A stretch of 64,000 nucleotides of DNA, from contig OZ244048.1 in NCBI GenBank assembly GCA_965215265.1, positions 960,001 to 1,024,000 on the forward strand, given 5' to 3'. Position 1 is the first letter of the stretch, and each line of letters opens with the position of its first letter. The notes beneath the pieces were generated by a model, which was not told the DNA's origin, searched no databases, and saw only the letters and a list, made by a program, of their open reading frames with translations. The stretch is from Candidatus Poribacteria bacterium (lineage in GTDB: Bacteria; Poribacteria; WGA-4E; WGA-3G). The position numbers were made by a program, and so were the translations under genes. Below, one piece after another: positions 50,753 to 60,410 of the stretch.

Positions 50753-51191
50753 GTGCTTCGCAGGTCGTCTCTTGCTTGCTCCTGTTTCTAGCACTTTTCG
50801 TTGGGGCACCTCATAGCTGCCTATTCCCTTCTGATCCTATCAATCTTAGAATTCCGCAATTATTTACGGAACACAGTAGATATTGTAACAGCACTTTTTC
50901 AAATAGGAGTCCAGTTTCACGAAAGAAACGGATTTTGGATTGTATGAACGCACTGGTAGTCTACTCCCACGAAAACCTCTCGTGAAACTCTTCGTGAATT
51001 GCATCGCATCCAGACACGGCACCCGTGTCTCCAATTCCGGCCGCATCTCGCTAAAAAACATAAAAAACTTGTGTCGCTTAGCAAACGAGGAATTATCTTA
51101 CACAAAATCTAAAATTCTGGTATAATGTAGCGAACAGACCTCAATCAAAAGCCAGAGGTGTTTTAACGAAGCAGGAGAAAGGATAGAAAAT

Positions 51192-52028
51192 ATGAAATTT
51201 AAACGCGAAGAAATTTTACCTCGATTGCGGGCAAATATTGATGCAGGTAAACCGATCCTCGGTGCCGGGGCCGGGACCGGTATCTCTGCTAAATGCGAAG
51301 AAGCCGGCGGTATCGACCTGATTATTATCTACAACTCCGGCAGATTCCGGATGGCAGGGAGAGGCTCCCTCGCCGGCATGATGCCCTACGGAGATGCAAA
51401 CCACATCGTGGTTGAGATGGCAAGCGAAGTACTACCTGTTGTCCAAAATACACCTGTGCTTGCCGGAGTCTGTGGCACAGATCCGTTTCGACTCATGGAT
51501 GTCTTCCTCCAGCAGATAGATGCAATCGGGTTTTCCGGCGTGCAGAACTTCCCCACGGTCGGGTTGATTGATGGCACATTCCGCCAACTGCTTGAAGAGA
51601 CGGATATGGGCTACGGTCCGGAAGTGGAGATGATTCGTCTTGCACACGCGATGGGTCTGCTCACAACACCGTACGCGTTTAACGAATCAGAAGCAGAGCA
51701 GATGGCAGATGCAGGCGCGGATATCCTGGTTGCACACATGGGCTTGACAACAAAAGGCTCTATTGGCGCGAAGACCTCTCTTACGCTTGAGGACGCAGCA
51801 AAAAGGGTGCAAGCCATACACGATGCCGCGACAGGCGTTAACCCGGAGATCCTTGTAATTTGCCACGGAGGACCCATCGCAGAACCTGAAGATGCAAAAT
51901 ACGTCTTGGAAAATACGCACGGCATCGTTGGATTCTATGGCGCATCCAGTGCTGAACGTTTGCCGACAGAGCACGCAATTACAGCCCAAATTGAAGCGTT
52001 CAGGGAACAACTCAAACTGTCACAATAA
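51192..52028 (+). CDS. Phosphoenolpyruvate hydrolase-like TIM-barrel protein
   Basis: [44 protein letters not shown]. Confidence 0.9.
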   Translation: MKFKREEILPRLRANIDAGKPILGAGAGTGISAKCEEAGGIDLIIIYNSGRFRMAGRGSLAGMMPYGDANHIVVEMASEVLPVVQNTPVLAGVCGTDPFRLMDVFLQQIDAIGFSGVQNFPTVGLIDGTFRQLLEETDMGYGPEVEMIRLAHAMGLLTTPYAFNESEAEQMADAGADILVAHMGLTTKGSIGAKTSLTLEDAAKRVQAIHDAATGVNPEILVICHGGPIAEPEDAKYVLENTHGIVGFYGASSAERLPTEHAITAQIEAFREQLKLSQ

Positions 52029-52062
52029 GAAAAGTCCAACCGGTTTGTATGCCATGCTCCCA

Positions 52063-52097
52063 ACGACATCGCAAGCCGGTCTGCCTTGCGATGTCGC
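52063..52097 (+). terminator. Hairpin after the TIM-barrel gene
   Basis: cgacatcgcaag...cttgcgatgtcg followed shortly by a T tract. Confidence 0.5.
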
Positions 52098-52342
52098 CCG
52101 TATTTTTAACGTAGAACTCAATCGCCCAGGCTCCTGCGTGAAAGAAGTTGACCTAAAAACATTTAACTGATACAATTGATACAATCAAATTTGAAAAGTA
52201 TTCACAGACACCGTAATCAATTCCAGTCTGCAGTAGCAGTGGGACACTCATGAAAAAGACGGTAGGTGCGTTCTCCAAACCGCGGCACTCCCCCCTCGGA
52301 ACTGCCGCTTCTGAACGCAATTTAATATTAGGAGTTAAAAAA

Positions 52343-52810
52343 ATGGGTACAAAGCAGATTGCTACGAACATTAACGGCAAAGACTACGTGCACGAAGTTG
52401 AACCACGACTCCTTCTAATTCATTACCTGCGTGATGTTGTGGGATTAACGGGTTCACATGTGGGTTGTGAGACGAGTTTGTGCGGTGCCTGCACAGCCAT
52501 CGTCGATGGGCAAGCAGTCAAAACATGCACGATGCTGGCAGTGCAAGCAGATGGTGCGGAAATCACAACGATTGAAGGGCTAGCACAAACTGGAGAATTA
52601 CATCCGGTCCAAGAAGGATTCTGGGAACGTCACGGTTTACAGTGCGGTTTTTGCACACCCGGGATGATTATCGCGGCACATCAGCTGCTCGAACGAAATC
52701 CAAATCCGAGTGAAAGTGAAATCCGGCACGGCTTGGAAGGGAATCTCTGTCGATGTACAGGTTACCAACATATCATTGAGGCTGTGCAATACGCTGCCGA
52801 AAAAATGTAG
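52343..52810 (+). CDS. coxS: (2Fe-2S) small subunit, CoxS/CutS family
   Basis: [28 protein letters not shown]. Confidence 0.9.
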   Translation: MGTKQIATNINGKDYVHEVEPRLLLIHYLRDVVGLTGSHVGCETSLCGACTAIVDGQAVKTCTMLAVQADGAEITTIEGLAQTGELHPVQEGFWERHGLQCGFCTPGMIIAAHQLLERNPNPSESEIRHGLEGNLCRCTGYQHIIEAVQYAAEKM

Positions 52811-52882
52811 CAGTTGTGGAAGCGAGGAGTAGCACTCGAATTTTTCAACGTACACACTTGAAGTTAAAAGGAGAAGCAGATT

Positions 52883-55231
52883 ATGGCAACCATCGCCGCT
52901 CCAACCCGGATGATTGGCGCACCGATCAAACGGCGCGAAGATCCGCGGCTCATCCAAGGGTTAGCACACTACGTTGATGATATTAAACGCGTCGGCACCC
53001 TGCATTGTGCTTTTTTGCGGAGTGATTACGCGCATGCAGAGATAAAAAGTATTGATACCGCGGCGGCGACGGCACACCCGAGTGTTGTAACCGTCGTCAC
53101 AGCAGAAGACTTGACAGATGTCGGCGGTGTCCCCTGCGGCGCAGAGATAGAGGGCTTGAAAATTCCAGACCATCCGCCCTTGGCGAAGGAACGCGTGCGT
53201 TTTGTCGGTGAACCGATCGTCGCAGTTGTCGCTACCGACGCATATACCGCCCGCGACGCACTTGACTTAATTGAGATTGATTATGAGGAGCTGCCGGCCA
53301 TCGTGGATATGGACGAGGCACTGAAACCAGAATCCCCACTGATTTATGAAGATTTTGGTGATAATGTCGCCTTCGTTAGTCCACTAGAAGCCGGCGATAT
53401 AGAAAAGGCAATGGACGAGGCAGATCAGGTCGTCTCGCAGCGTTTTGTGAATCAACGTTTGATTCCGAATGCGATGGAGCCCCGCGGCGTATTAGCCGAG
53501 TACCTGCCGGGAGAAGGCACGCTTACCGTCTGGTCCTCGACACAGGTGCCGCACATTCTGAAAACACAATTGGCAATTGCCGTCAATGTTCCTGAACAGA
53601 AGGTCCGCGTCATCGCACCTGAAGTTGGTGGCGGATTCGGCAGTAAATTGAATGTATACCCTGAAGAAATCGTCGTATCCCATCTTGCGACCTGCTTGCA
53701 TCAACCGATTAAGTGGATTGAAAAGCGGAGTGAAAATTTCACAACCACCATTCATGGACGCGATCAGATCAACGAAATTGAACTGGCCCTCAAAGATGAC
53801 GGTACAATTACCGGCATCCGGGCACGCATCCTCGCCGATATGGGGGCCTCCTATCAACTACTCACCCCGATTATCCCAGGATTAACCAACCTGATGGTCT
53901 TAGGATGCTATCAAATTCCGAACGTCAAAGTAGAATTAATCGGCGTACTCACGAACAAAATGGCGACAGATGCATATCGCGGCGCAGGACGCCCAGAGGC
54001 AACACACTTAATAGAACGGATCGTTGATATAGCAGCACGGGCTATCGGCATGGACGCACGAGATATCCGATTCAAAAATTTCCCACAACCGGAAGACTTC
54101 CCACTCGAAATTGCGACGGGGATTATCTACGATAGTGGAAACTATCAGCAAAGCTTCAACAAGGCGTTGGACGCAGTGGATTATGACAGCCTACGCCAAC
54201 GACAAGCTGAATTCCGGAAACAGGGGCGCTACATCGGCATCGGTATCTCTACGTACGCAGAAATCTGTGGTATGGGGCCCTCTATAGCGATGCCCGCAGG
54301 CGGTTGGGAAAGCAGCACGGTCAGAATTGAGCCGACGGGTAAGGTGACTGTCATGTCTGGCGTATCGCCGCACGGACAAGGACAAGAGACGACCTTCGCT
54401 CAGATTATCGCTGATGAATTCGGCGTTGATATTGACGATGTTGTGATTATTCACGGTGATACAGGGCGCCAACCGTACGGCATTGGGACCTTCGGCAGCA
54501 GGGCAACGGCTGTCGGCGGAACCGCAATGGTGAAAGCCGCCGGAATCGTGAAAGAGAAAGCTGCCAGAATCGCGGCACATCTCTTGGAAGCGAATCCCGA
54601 AGATCTGGTCTTTCAAAACGGCGACATCTTTGTTGAAGGTTCACCTACGCAGGCAGTTCCATTGGCCACAGTGGCATTAGAAGCGCACGTGGCAAAAAAC
54701 TTGCCACCAGATACAGACCCGGGGCTCGAAGCAACCCACTTCTTTGAGCCACCAAACTTCACCTATCCTTTCGGCGCACATATCTCCGTCGTTGAGGTGG
54801 ATGTGGAAACAGGCACCATAGACATCCAGCGCTACGTCGCTATTGACGACTGCGGAAACATTATCAATCCGATGCTTGTTGCCGGACAAGTGCACGGCGG
54901 CATTGCGCAAGGGCTCGGCCAGGCGTTATACGAAGGGGCTGTTTACGACGAAAACGGGCAGCTGCTCACTGGGTCCTTTATGGATTATGCCGTACCTAAA
55001 GTGACACAACTGCCGCATTTCGAAACAGGACATACCGTGACACCGTCGCCTGTTAACCCGATGGGGGTTAAAGGCGTTGGAGAAGCCGGAACCATCGGCT
55101 CCACACCTTGCATTGTCAATGCCGTTGTTGACGCACTCGCTCCCTTTGGCATTACAGATATTGACATGCCGATGACCCCTTACCGGGTTTGGCAGACACT
55201 CCAAGCGGCTAAAGAAGGAGGTAACGCATGA
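52883..55231 (+). CDS. coxL: Molybdopterin large subunit, form-II CoxL/xanthine dehydrogenase family
   Basis: VGGGFGSK, AYRGAGR (form II), GQVHGGIAQG, KGVGEAG. Confidence 0.88.
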   Translation: MATIAAPTRMIGAPIKRREDPRLIQGLAHYVDDIKRVGTLHCAFLRSDYAHAEIKSIDTAAATAHPSVVTVVTAEDLTDVGGVPCGAEIEGLKIPDHPPLAKERVRFVGEPIVAVVATDAYTARDALDLIEIDYEELPAIVDMDEALKPESPLIYEDFGDNVAFVSPLEAGDIEKAMDEADQVVSQRFVNQRLIPNAMEPRGVLAEYLPGEGTLTVWSSTQVPHILKTQLAIAVNVPEQKVRVIAPEVGGGFGSKLNVYPEEIVVSHLATCLHQPIKWIEKRSENFTTTIHGRDQINEIELALKDDGTITGIRARILADMGASYQLLTPIIPGLTNLMVLGCYQIPNVKVELIGVLTNKMATDAYRGAGRPEATHLIERIVDIAARAIGMDARDIRFKNFPQPEDFPLEIATGIIYDSGNYQQSFNKALDAVDYDSLRQRQAEFRKQGRYIGIGISTYAEICGMGPSIAMPAGGWESSTVRIEPTGKVTVMSGVSPHGQGQETTFAQIIADEFGVDIDDVVIIHGDTGRQPYGIGTFGSRATAVGGTAMVKAAGIVKEKAARIAAHLLEANPEDLVFQNGDIFVEGSPTQAVPLATVALEAHVAKNLPPDTDPGLEATHFFEPPNFTYPFGAHISVVEVDVETGTIDIQRYVAIDDCGNIINPMLVAGQVHGGIAQGLGQALYEGAVYDENGQLLTGSFMDYAVPKVTQLPHFETGHTVTPSPVNPMGVKGVGEAGTIGSTPCIVNAVVDALAPFGITDIDMPMTPYRVWQTLQAAKEGGNA

Positions 55232-56088
55232 TCCCCAGTACTTTTGAATACTTTGCCCCGACCACGGTCGCGGAAGCGGTATCGCTTTTACAGGAACACG
55301 GAGACGATGCACAACTTCTCGCCGGCGGCCATAGCCTGATTCCGGCAATGAAGTTGCGACTCGCTGAACCGGGCTGCCTTGTGGACATCAACAAAATCGC
55401 AGAGCTCACCGGCATTTCAGTAGAAAATAACGTCCTTGTTATCGGGGCGATGACCACACATTATCAATTGGAGAGTTCCCCGTTGGTTGCAGAAAACGTC
55501 CCGATTTTGACGCAAACCGCTGGTGAAATCGGGGACGTGCAAGTCCGGAACAGAGGCACGCTTGGCGGAAGTCTCGCCCATGCAGATCCAGCCGCTGATT
55601 GGCCCGCTACGATTTTAGCACTGGATGCTACCATAAAAACGGTCGGCCCGAATGCAGAACGCAGCATTGCCGCAACCGATTTCTTCCAAGGGCTCTACGA
55701 AACCGCATTAGAACCAGAGGAAATTGTAACCCAAATTCACATACCAATCCCGGATGCTGATACGCACGGCACCTATCTCAAAATGTGTCAAGTTGCTTCC
55801 GGATTCGCGCTCACCGGAGTCGCAGCCATGTTAAAAAGCACTTCTGACAACCGCTGTGAACAAATCGCCATCGGTATCACCGGAGTCGCAGATGTTGCCT
55901 ACCGTGCAACAGCAGTTGAAACAGCAATCACAGGCGGGCTCTTGACTGCCGACAACATCGCCGCGGCTGCTGAAAAAGCAGTTGAGGATGTGGAATTCAT
56001 GGCAGACCTTCATGCCGATGAAGCTTATCGGGCGAACCTCGCTAAGATCTATACACGCAGGGCGATTGAGACTCTGGCCGGCGTATAA
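55228..56088 (+). CDS. coxM: FAD-binding medium subunit, CoxM family
   Basis: AGGHSLIPAMKLR, QVRNRGTLGGS, ADPAAD. Confidence 0.9.
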   Translation: MIPSTFEYFAPTTVAEAVSLLQEHGDDAQLLAGGHSLIPAMKLRLAEPGCLVDINKIAELTGISVENNVLVIGAMTTHYQLESSPLVAENVPILTQTAGEIGDVQVRNRGTLGGSLAHADPAADWPATILALDATIKTVGPNAERSIAATDFFQGLYETALEPEEIVTQIHIPIPDADTHGTYLKMCQVASGFALTGVAAMLKSTSDNRCEQIAIGITGVADVAYRATAVETAITGGLLTADNIAAAAEKAVEDVEFMADLHADEAYRANLAKIYTRRAIETLAGV

Positions 56089-56099
56089 TTTTTATATAC

Positions 56100-56143
56100 G
56101 GACGGTTCGGGTGGATATTGTTGAATATCCACCCGAACCGTCC
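56100..56143. repeat. Perfect 20-bp-stem inverted repeat between coxM and the PhyH gene
   Basis: ggacggttcgggtggatatt-gttg-aatatccacccgaaccgtcc. Confidence 0.8.
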
Positions 56144-56155
56144 CTATAGGAGAAC

Positions 56156-56959
56156 ATGATGACAGACGAAGAAAAATTTCGTTTTGACCTGACAGGCTTC
56201 CTTGTCCGACCGGCAATACTGAACCGCGCCGAAGTCGACGCAATCGTCGACCAGATTGACAGGATTCATCATAACCAAGAATCGCTACCGCCAGAGCACC
56301 GGGCGGTACCTGGGGGACCGGCGAGTGTCCTCATCGACCATCCGAAGGTTATCGAGGTTTTGCATGAGATTATCGGTCCGGATGTGCGGTTAGAGAGCAG
56401 CTCTGCGGTCTGGCGAAAGAAGGGCCAGGAGCACGGTGGGCTTCATGGCGGAGGTCCGCAACAAGGCGACCCGATTTTCGGATACCGCGTTCACAATGGA
56501 CGCATCCATGCCGGCATGGTACGAGTGGTTTTTGAACTCACAGATGTCACGAAAAACGACGGTGCAACGCATTTCATTGCCGGCAGTCACAAATCAAATT
56601 TTCCGATGCATCCAGAGCACATGTCGTTAGAGAACGGCAAACGGAGCCCCTTCCTAACAACTTATGAATGCCCAGCAGGGAGTGCTATTTTCTTTACAGA
56701 AAACCTGTGCCACGCCGGCCCGGTTTGGCAACGGGAAACCCCACGTGTAGCCGTTTTAAATGCTTACGCGCACCTCGCAACGCATTGGCACAGGCTCCGT
56801 ATTCCACCGGCTGTGATTTCAGCCTTGCCTCGCGAAAAGCAGGCGTATTTCCGCGAACCTTGGGTCGCCGATTTCCGCACGCGCCCAGCCACCATCAACA
56901 CAATTGAGCGGTTCGTCCAAAACGATGAACAGCCTATCAATACAGAACATCAACCGTAA
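56156..56959 (+). CDS. Phytanoyl-CoA dioxygenase (PhyH) family protein
   Basis: EKFRFDLTGFL, GLHGG, GATHFIAGSHK, AGSAIFFTENLCH. Confidence 0.82.
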   Translation: MMTDEEKFRFDLTGFLVRPAILNRAEVDAIVDQIDRIHHNQESLPPEHRAVPGGPASVLIDHPKVIEVLHEIIGPDVRLESSSAVWRKKGQEHGGLHGGGPQQGDPIFGYRVHNGRIHAGMVRVVFELTDVTKNDGATHFIAGSHKSNFPMHPEHMSLENGKRSPFLTTYECPAGSAIFFTENLCHAGPVWQRETPRVAVLNAYAHLATHWHRLRIPPAVISALPREKQAYFREPWVADFRTRPATINTIERFVQNDEQPINTEHQP

Positions 56960-57011
56960 ATATGAGATTTTCATTTTAACCTCACATATCGAGTTTCTGC
57001 CTCCAACGTTA

Positions 57012-58106
57012 TCACTCCGCGGAAGGCATTGGTTCAGTCGGTACAACAATCTCACCGGAAATTATTTTTCTCTTCAGGGATTCAACTATTTCGATCGTCT
57101 CGTCAGAAAGCTGCTCATCAAGTGCGTATCCGACACCGTCTTCAGCCAGACCGAGGGAGTAGATACCTGCTGGCATCCACTGGCCAGCGACGAATGCCCG
57201 GATGACGTTATAGGCACTCTGATCTATCCGTATCAATAGAGAGGTTAAAGCAATCTGAGATGCAACGTCGTTGATATTAATATAGGTCCAAATCACATAT
57301 CGGTTTGGTGCTATCTTTGCCGCCTCAACGGCTCCGAACCCCGACCGGTCTGCCATAGAGTAAATGACATCAACACCGTTTTCATACTGTGTTGTGGCAA
57401 TTTCTATCGCCTTTTCAGGCTGATAGAATCCTTGCTCATCATCAGCGACATAACTTTTGAAGATTTGGGCATCTGGATTGACAGCCTTGGCCCCGGCGAT
57501 GTAGCCAGCCTCAAATTGGTGCAGTAACGGTACATCGGCACCGCCGAGGTATCCAACTTTGCCGGTTTGTGATTTTAGTGCAGCAATAGCACCGACAAGG
57601 AACGCCCCTTCGTTTGCCCTATGGCTAAACGCGACAACATTAGGCAAGTCAACTTCAGCGTCAAAAATAACAAACTTAACATCTCGGAATTCCGGGGCAA
57701 CGCGTGAAATAGGTTCACGCATTTGGAACCCCGCCGTTATCACTAAGCCTGATTGCTTTGCTGCCTCTCGTAACTGCATCTCCCATGTATCCGCGCCGCT
57801 TTCCACTTCCGCAATCTCAACGCCGAGTTCTGTTTTCGCTCTTTGCACACCGTTATAGAGAATATCACAGTAAGATGAATCCCCAAGGCAATCCCCAGGA
57901 TATATAATGCTCACCAGCATTGCATCTGGGCTGCTCTCTTCCTCCTGAATTCGTTCAGAAAGAATGCTGCGCTGAATCCGCTCACAGCCACAGATACTGA
58001 TTAAAAGCAGCGCTACTGCTAACAAAATGGATGTAGCGCGTGCTTTATTCGGTTCAACATTTTCTGACACGCTTGTGTGCCGCATCTTCGAGCAATTCGA
58101 TTTCAA
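57012..58106 (-). CDS. BMP-family ABC substrate-binding lipoprotein
   Basis: Lipobox ICGC, EGAFLVGAIAA, GVDVIY, GLAEDGVG; start uncertain. Confidence 0.85.
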   Translation of the reverse strand: MKSNCSKMRHTSVSENVEPNKARATSILLAVALLLISICGCERIQRSILSERIQEEESSPDAMLVSIIYPGDCLGDSSYCDILYNGVQRAKTELGVEIAEVESGADTWEMQLREAAKQSGLVITAGFQMREPISRVAPEFRDVKFVIFDAEVDLPNVVAFSHRANEGAFLVGAIAALKSQTGKVGYLGGADVPLLHQFEAGYIAGAKAVNPDAQIFKSYVADDEQGFYQPEKAIEIATTQYENGVDVIYSMADRSGFGAVEAAKIAPNRYVIWTYININDVASQIALTSLLIRIDQSAYNVIRAFVAGQWMPAGIYSLGLAEDGVGYALDEQLSDETIEIVESLKRKIISGEIVVPTEPMPSAE

Positions 58107-58275
58107 CTTTGTCCTCCCATGTTAAGTTAAAAGTTACAGGGCGCAACGCATTTCATTGCCCGGAGTCACAAATCAAATTTTCCGGTGCATCCAGAGCACA
58201 TTGCGAAAGATATGCAAGACTTCCGTACTTAGATTCCCAAGCGTGAGCACAACGTTTGAATCACTGAATTCAATC

Positions 58276-59508
58276 TCAGTCTGTATTCATATCTGGATTG
58301 GAAACTGGATCCGCTGGCTGCAATCCAGGGCGTTTTCCCGCTAACGCTTCAACCAGAAACCTATGATAATTCTCGGCGAGCGAAAAATAGTCTTGCGATA
58401 AAAGTTCATTCACCGGTTGCCGCCCCAGGAGCTCAAGCTCAGACGAGATCACCAGACAATCTACTGGAGAGTATTGTTTCCACCCTGAGATGATAGTCCC
58501 GGCCAATCGCGGAATACCATCCATCCCCTTGGCATCCCGGAGACGTTTCATATCCCTATTCAGAACCCACGTATTGACGAAATTTTCGTTCAAAAATTTG
58601 ATGTTTTGCTCGTTGGAGAGGACAACTGCCCTCAAAGTCTTTCCACTCCCTCAGCACGACTCGTCAGTGAGCGGACCGTCTATCGAAACCACATGAATCG
58701 GTTTTTGGTGCGTTTGGGCTAATGCCAACGCCTGCTCCATTGCCACCCAATGAATTTGCTGCGACTTATAAAACTGAGCCGTCAATTTCCGTGAAGCTGC
58801 TTCTTGCGTGATACTCACATCAAACCTTGTATCGTTATTCTCTGTCCCTGCGAGGAGCTCCATTCTCGGTAAAAATCCGCTGTCTGTACCATAACTGTTG
58901 CTGTTCTTGTGCATTCTCTTGGCATCAAAATTCACTGTTCCTTTAGGAACATGCATCCGGAAGAAAACAACTTTCCCATCGCCACGCGAAATAACCAATT
59001 TGCCTGCGAATTGCGACGGCGTTAATGAACCGCCTTCCAGCACAAATTCCGCATGGACGCGAAATGCAATCTCAGCGATTTTGGCATTGTACCCGCGCAG
59101 ACAGGCCCAACCACCTGGGACATCTACCCCACCCATATCCAGATCCGGCTTAGGATGCAGTTGTTTGAGGAGTTCAAAGATTCCGTCTTGTTGTTTCATC
59201 CGCCAGATTTCACCAACCGCAACGGCCTTGTCGGGCAGAACTGCCCCGAGGAATACACGTTTGGCGGGCAGAAAGTCTTGGAAAACCGATGCCGGATACT
59301 GTTTTTCTGGCTCGGCAGCTTTCAGATTCGACAAAGGTGCCCATTCCAGATGGAAATTGCTGCCGCTATCCGCAATCGGATCGATAAAGGCTTTGACTAA
59401 CACCTCTGATGAAGTGTCAAGTGTAAGAGCAATTTTGTTACCATCATCAGCACTTACGGCACCACTTATTAAAATAAAAATGAGACATCCAATCTGTAAA
59501 GTTTTCAT
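58276..59508 (-). CDS. Selenoprotein N (SELENON)-like protein with selenocysteine UGA at 58653-58651
   Basis: ORFs 58651-59508 and 58276-58635 are one frame: DGPLTDESC-UGA-GSGKTLRAVVL...FLNENFVNTW, matching animal SelN DDQSCUGSGRTLRETVL...LNESFISTW; N-terminal signal peptide. Confidence 0.88.
58614..58650 (-). promoter_or_regulatory. Candidate bacterial SECIS hairpin
   Basis: 17 nt after the UGA: GAGGGC-AGUU-GUCCUC, extended by UGGA/UCCA; G-containing apical loop about 23 nt from the UGA. Confidence 0.55.
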
Positions 59509-59512
59509 TTCT

Positions 59513-59914
59513 CTATCTCCTATGAAATATGAACGTATCGATCGTTTGCCAGACTACCTCACCAACATCTTTTAACTCACTGCCTATGGTTTTCTTAACG
59601 TCAGCGAAATCGAAGTCATCACATATCCCTTCTTTGAGATACGCGGTGACCTGATGGCAAGTAAAATAAATATCACCAAAAGTGGTGCCTGCCTCTAAGG
59701 GTTCGAACAGTCCCCCCGGGAGAGCATCCAGTTCGATTAAATGAGTTAGCGCGTTGTTGAACTACCGGGCACATCGTGCCCCGCCTTCTACCTTTGCGCT
59801 ATCGTTATCAAAGGTCTTGCCGACTATGGATGAGGTTTCTACGGTGTTGGCTGCAGCTTCTAGGAGTCGTAGAATTCGCCGGATTTCCTTCTGAGTTTCA
59901 TGTTCAGTAAACAC
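59513..59914 (-). pseudogene. Hypothetical protein interrupted by an in-frame TAG (59764-59762)
   Basis: VFTEHETQKEIRRILRLLE...GARCAR*FNNALTHLIELDALPGGLFEPLE...CHQVTAYLKEG; ends 4 nt before the SelN-like start. Confidence 0.45.
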
Positions 59915-60410
59915 TGTTTACTCCGTTTCCCTTTGAAGGGTTTGGTTATATAGAGGCTCTGAAATCTAAAAAGATAGTAAAAAACATCGTAATTGCCGCA
60001 GTGGCAAAAGTTCCGTCATGTCGTAAGACAGGCAAGCCTGCAAGAAGAGGAGAATCTCAGCCGGGTTATTATTATTCATTTTCTGACAGGCTTGTGTGCC
60101 GCATCTTCGAACAATTCGATTTTCAACCTATTCAAAATTTTCATTTTTGTCCTCCCATGTGAAGTTAAAAGTTACAGTTAGAGCTTGCTCCTATTGTGGT
60201 GTCTTGCGATTTAAAGCGTACTCTCAACCGCAGACTAAATAGCCCGGTTAGCCCTCAAAGTTACTTGTATTTTCTGAATAAAATAAGGTATACTATATAC
60301 ATAGGTGATTCTTGTTTATCGGAATTCCCGCGCTTGTTCATGTAAACATTATACCAGATACATCTTGTAAAATAATATACATTTTTCAAATAGAATCCAC
60401 GGAGGAAATC

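Noticed and set aside
50912-50989. AGTTTCACGA/TCGTGAAACT inverted repeat as a MITE
   Set aside because: Only a 10-bp match and a single copy in the window, so support is insufficient.
52883-55231. Bona fide aerobic CO dehydrogenase (form I)
   Set aside because: The active-site motif is AYRGAGR rather than AYXCSFR and the order is S-L-M, so the substrate is unknown.
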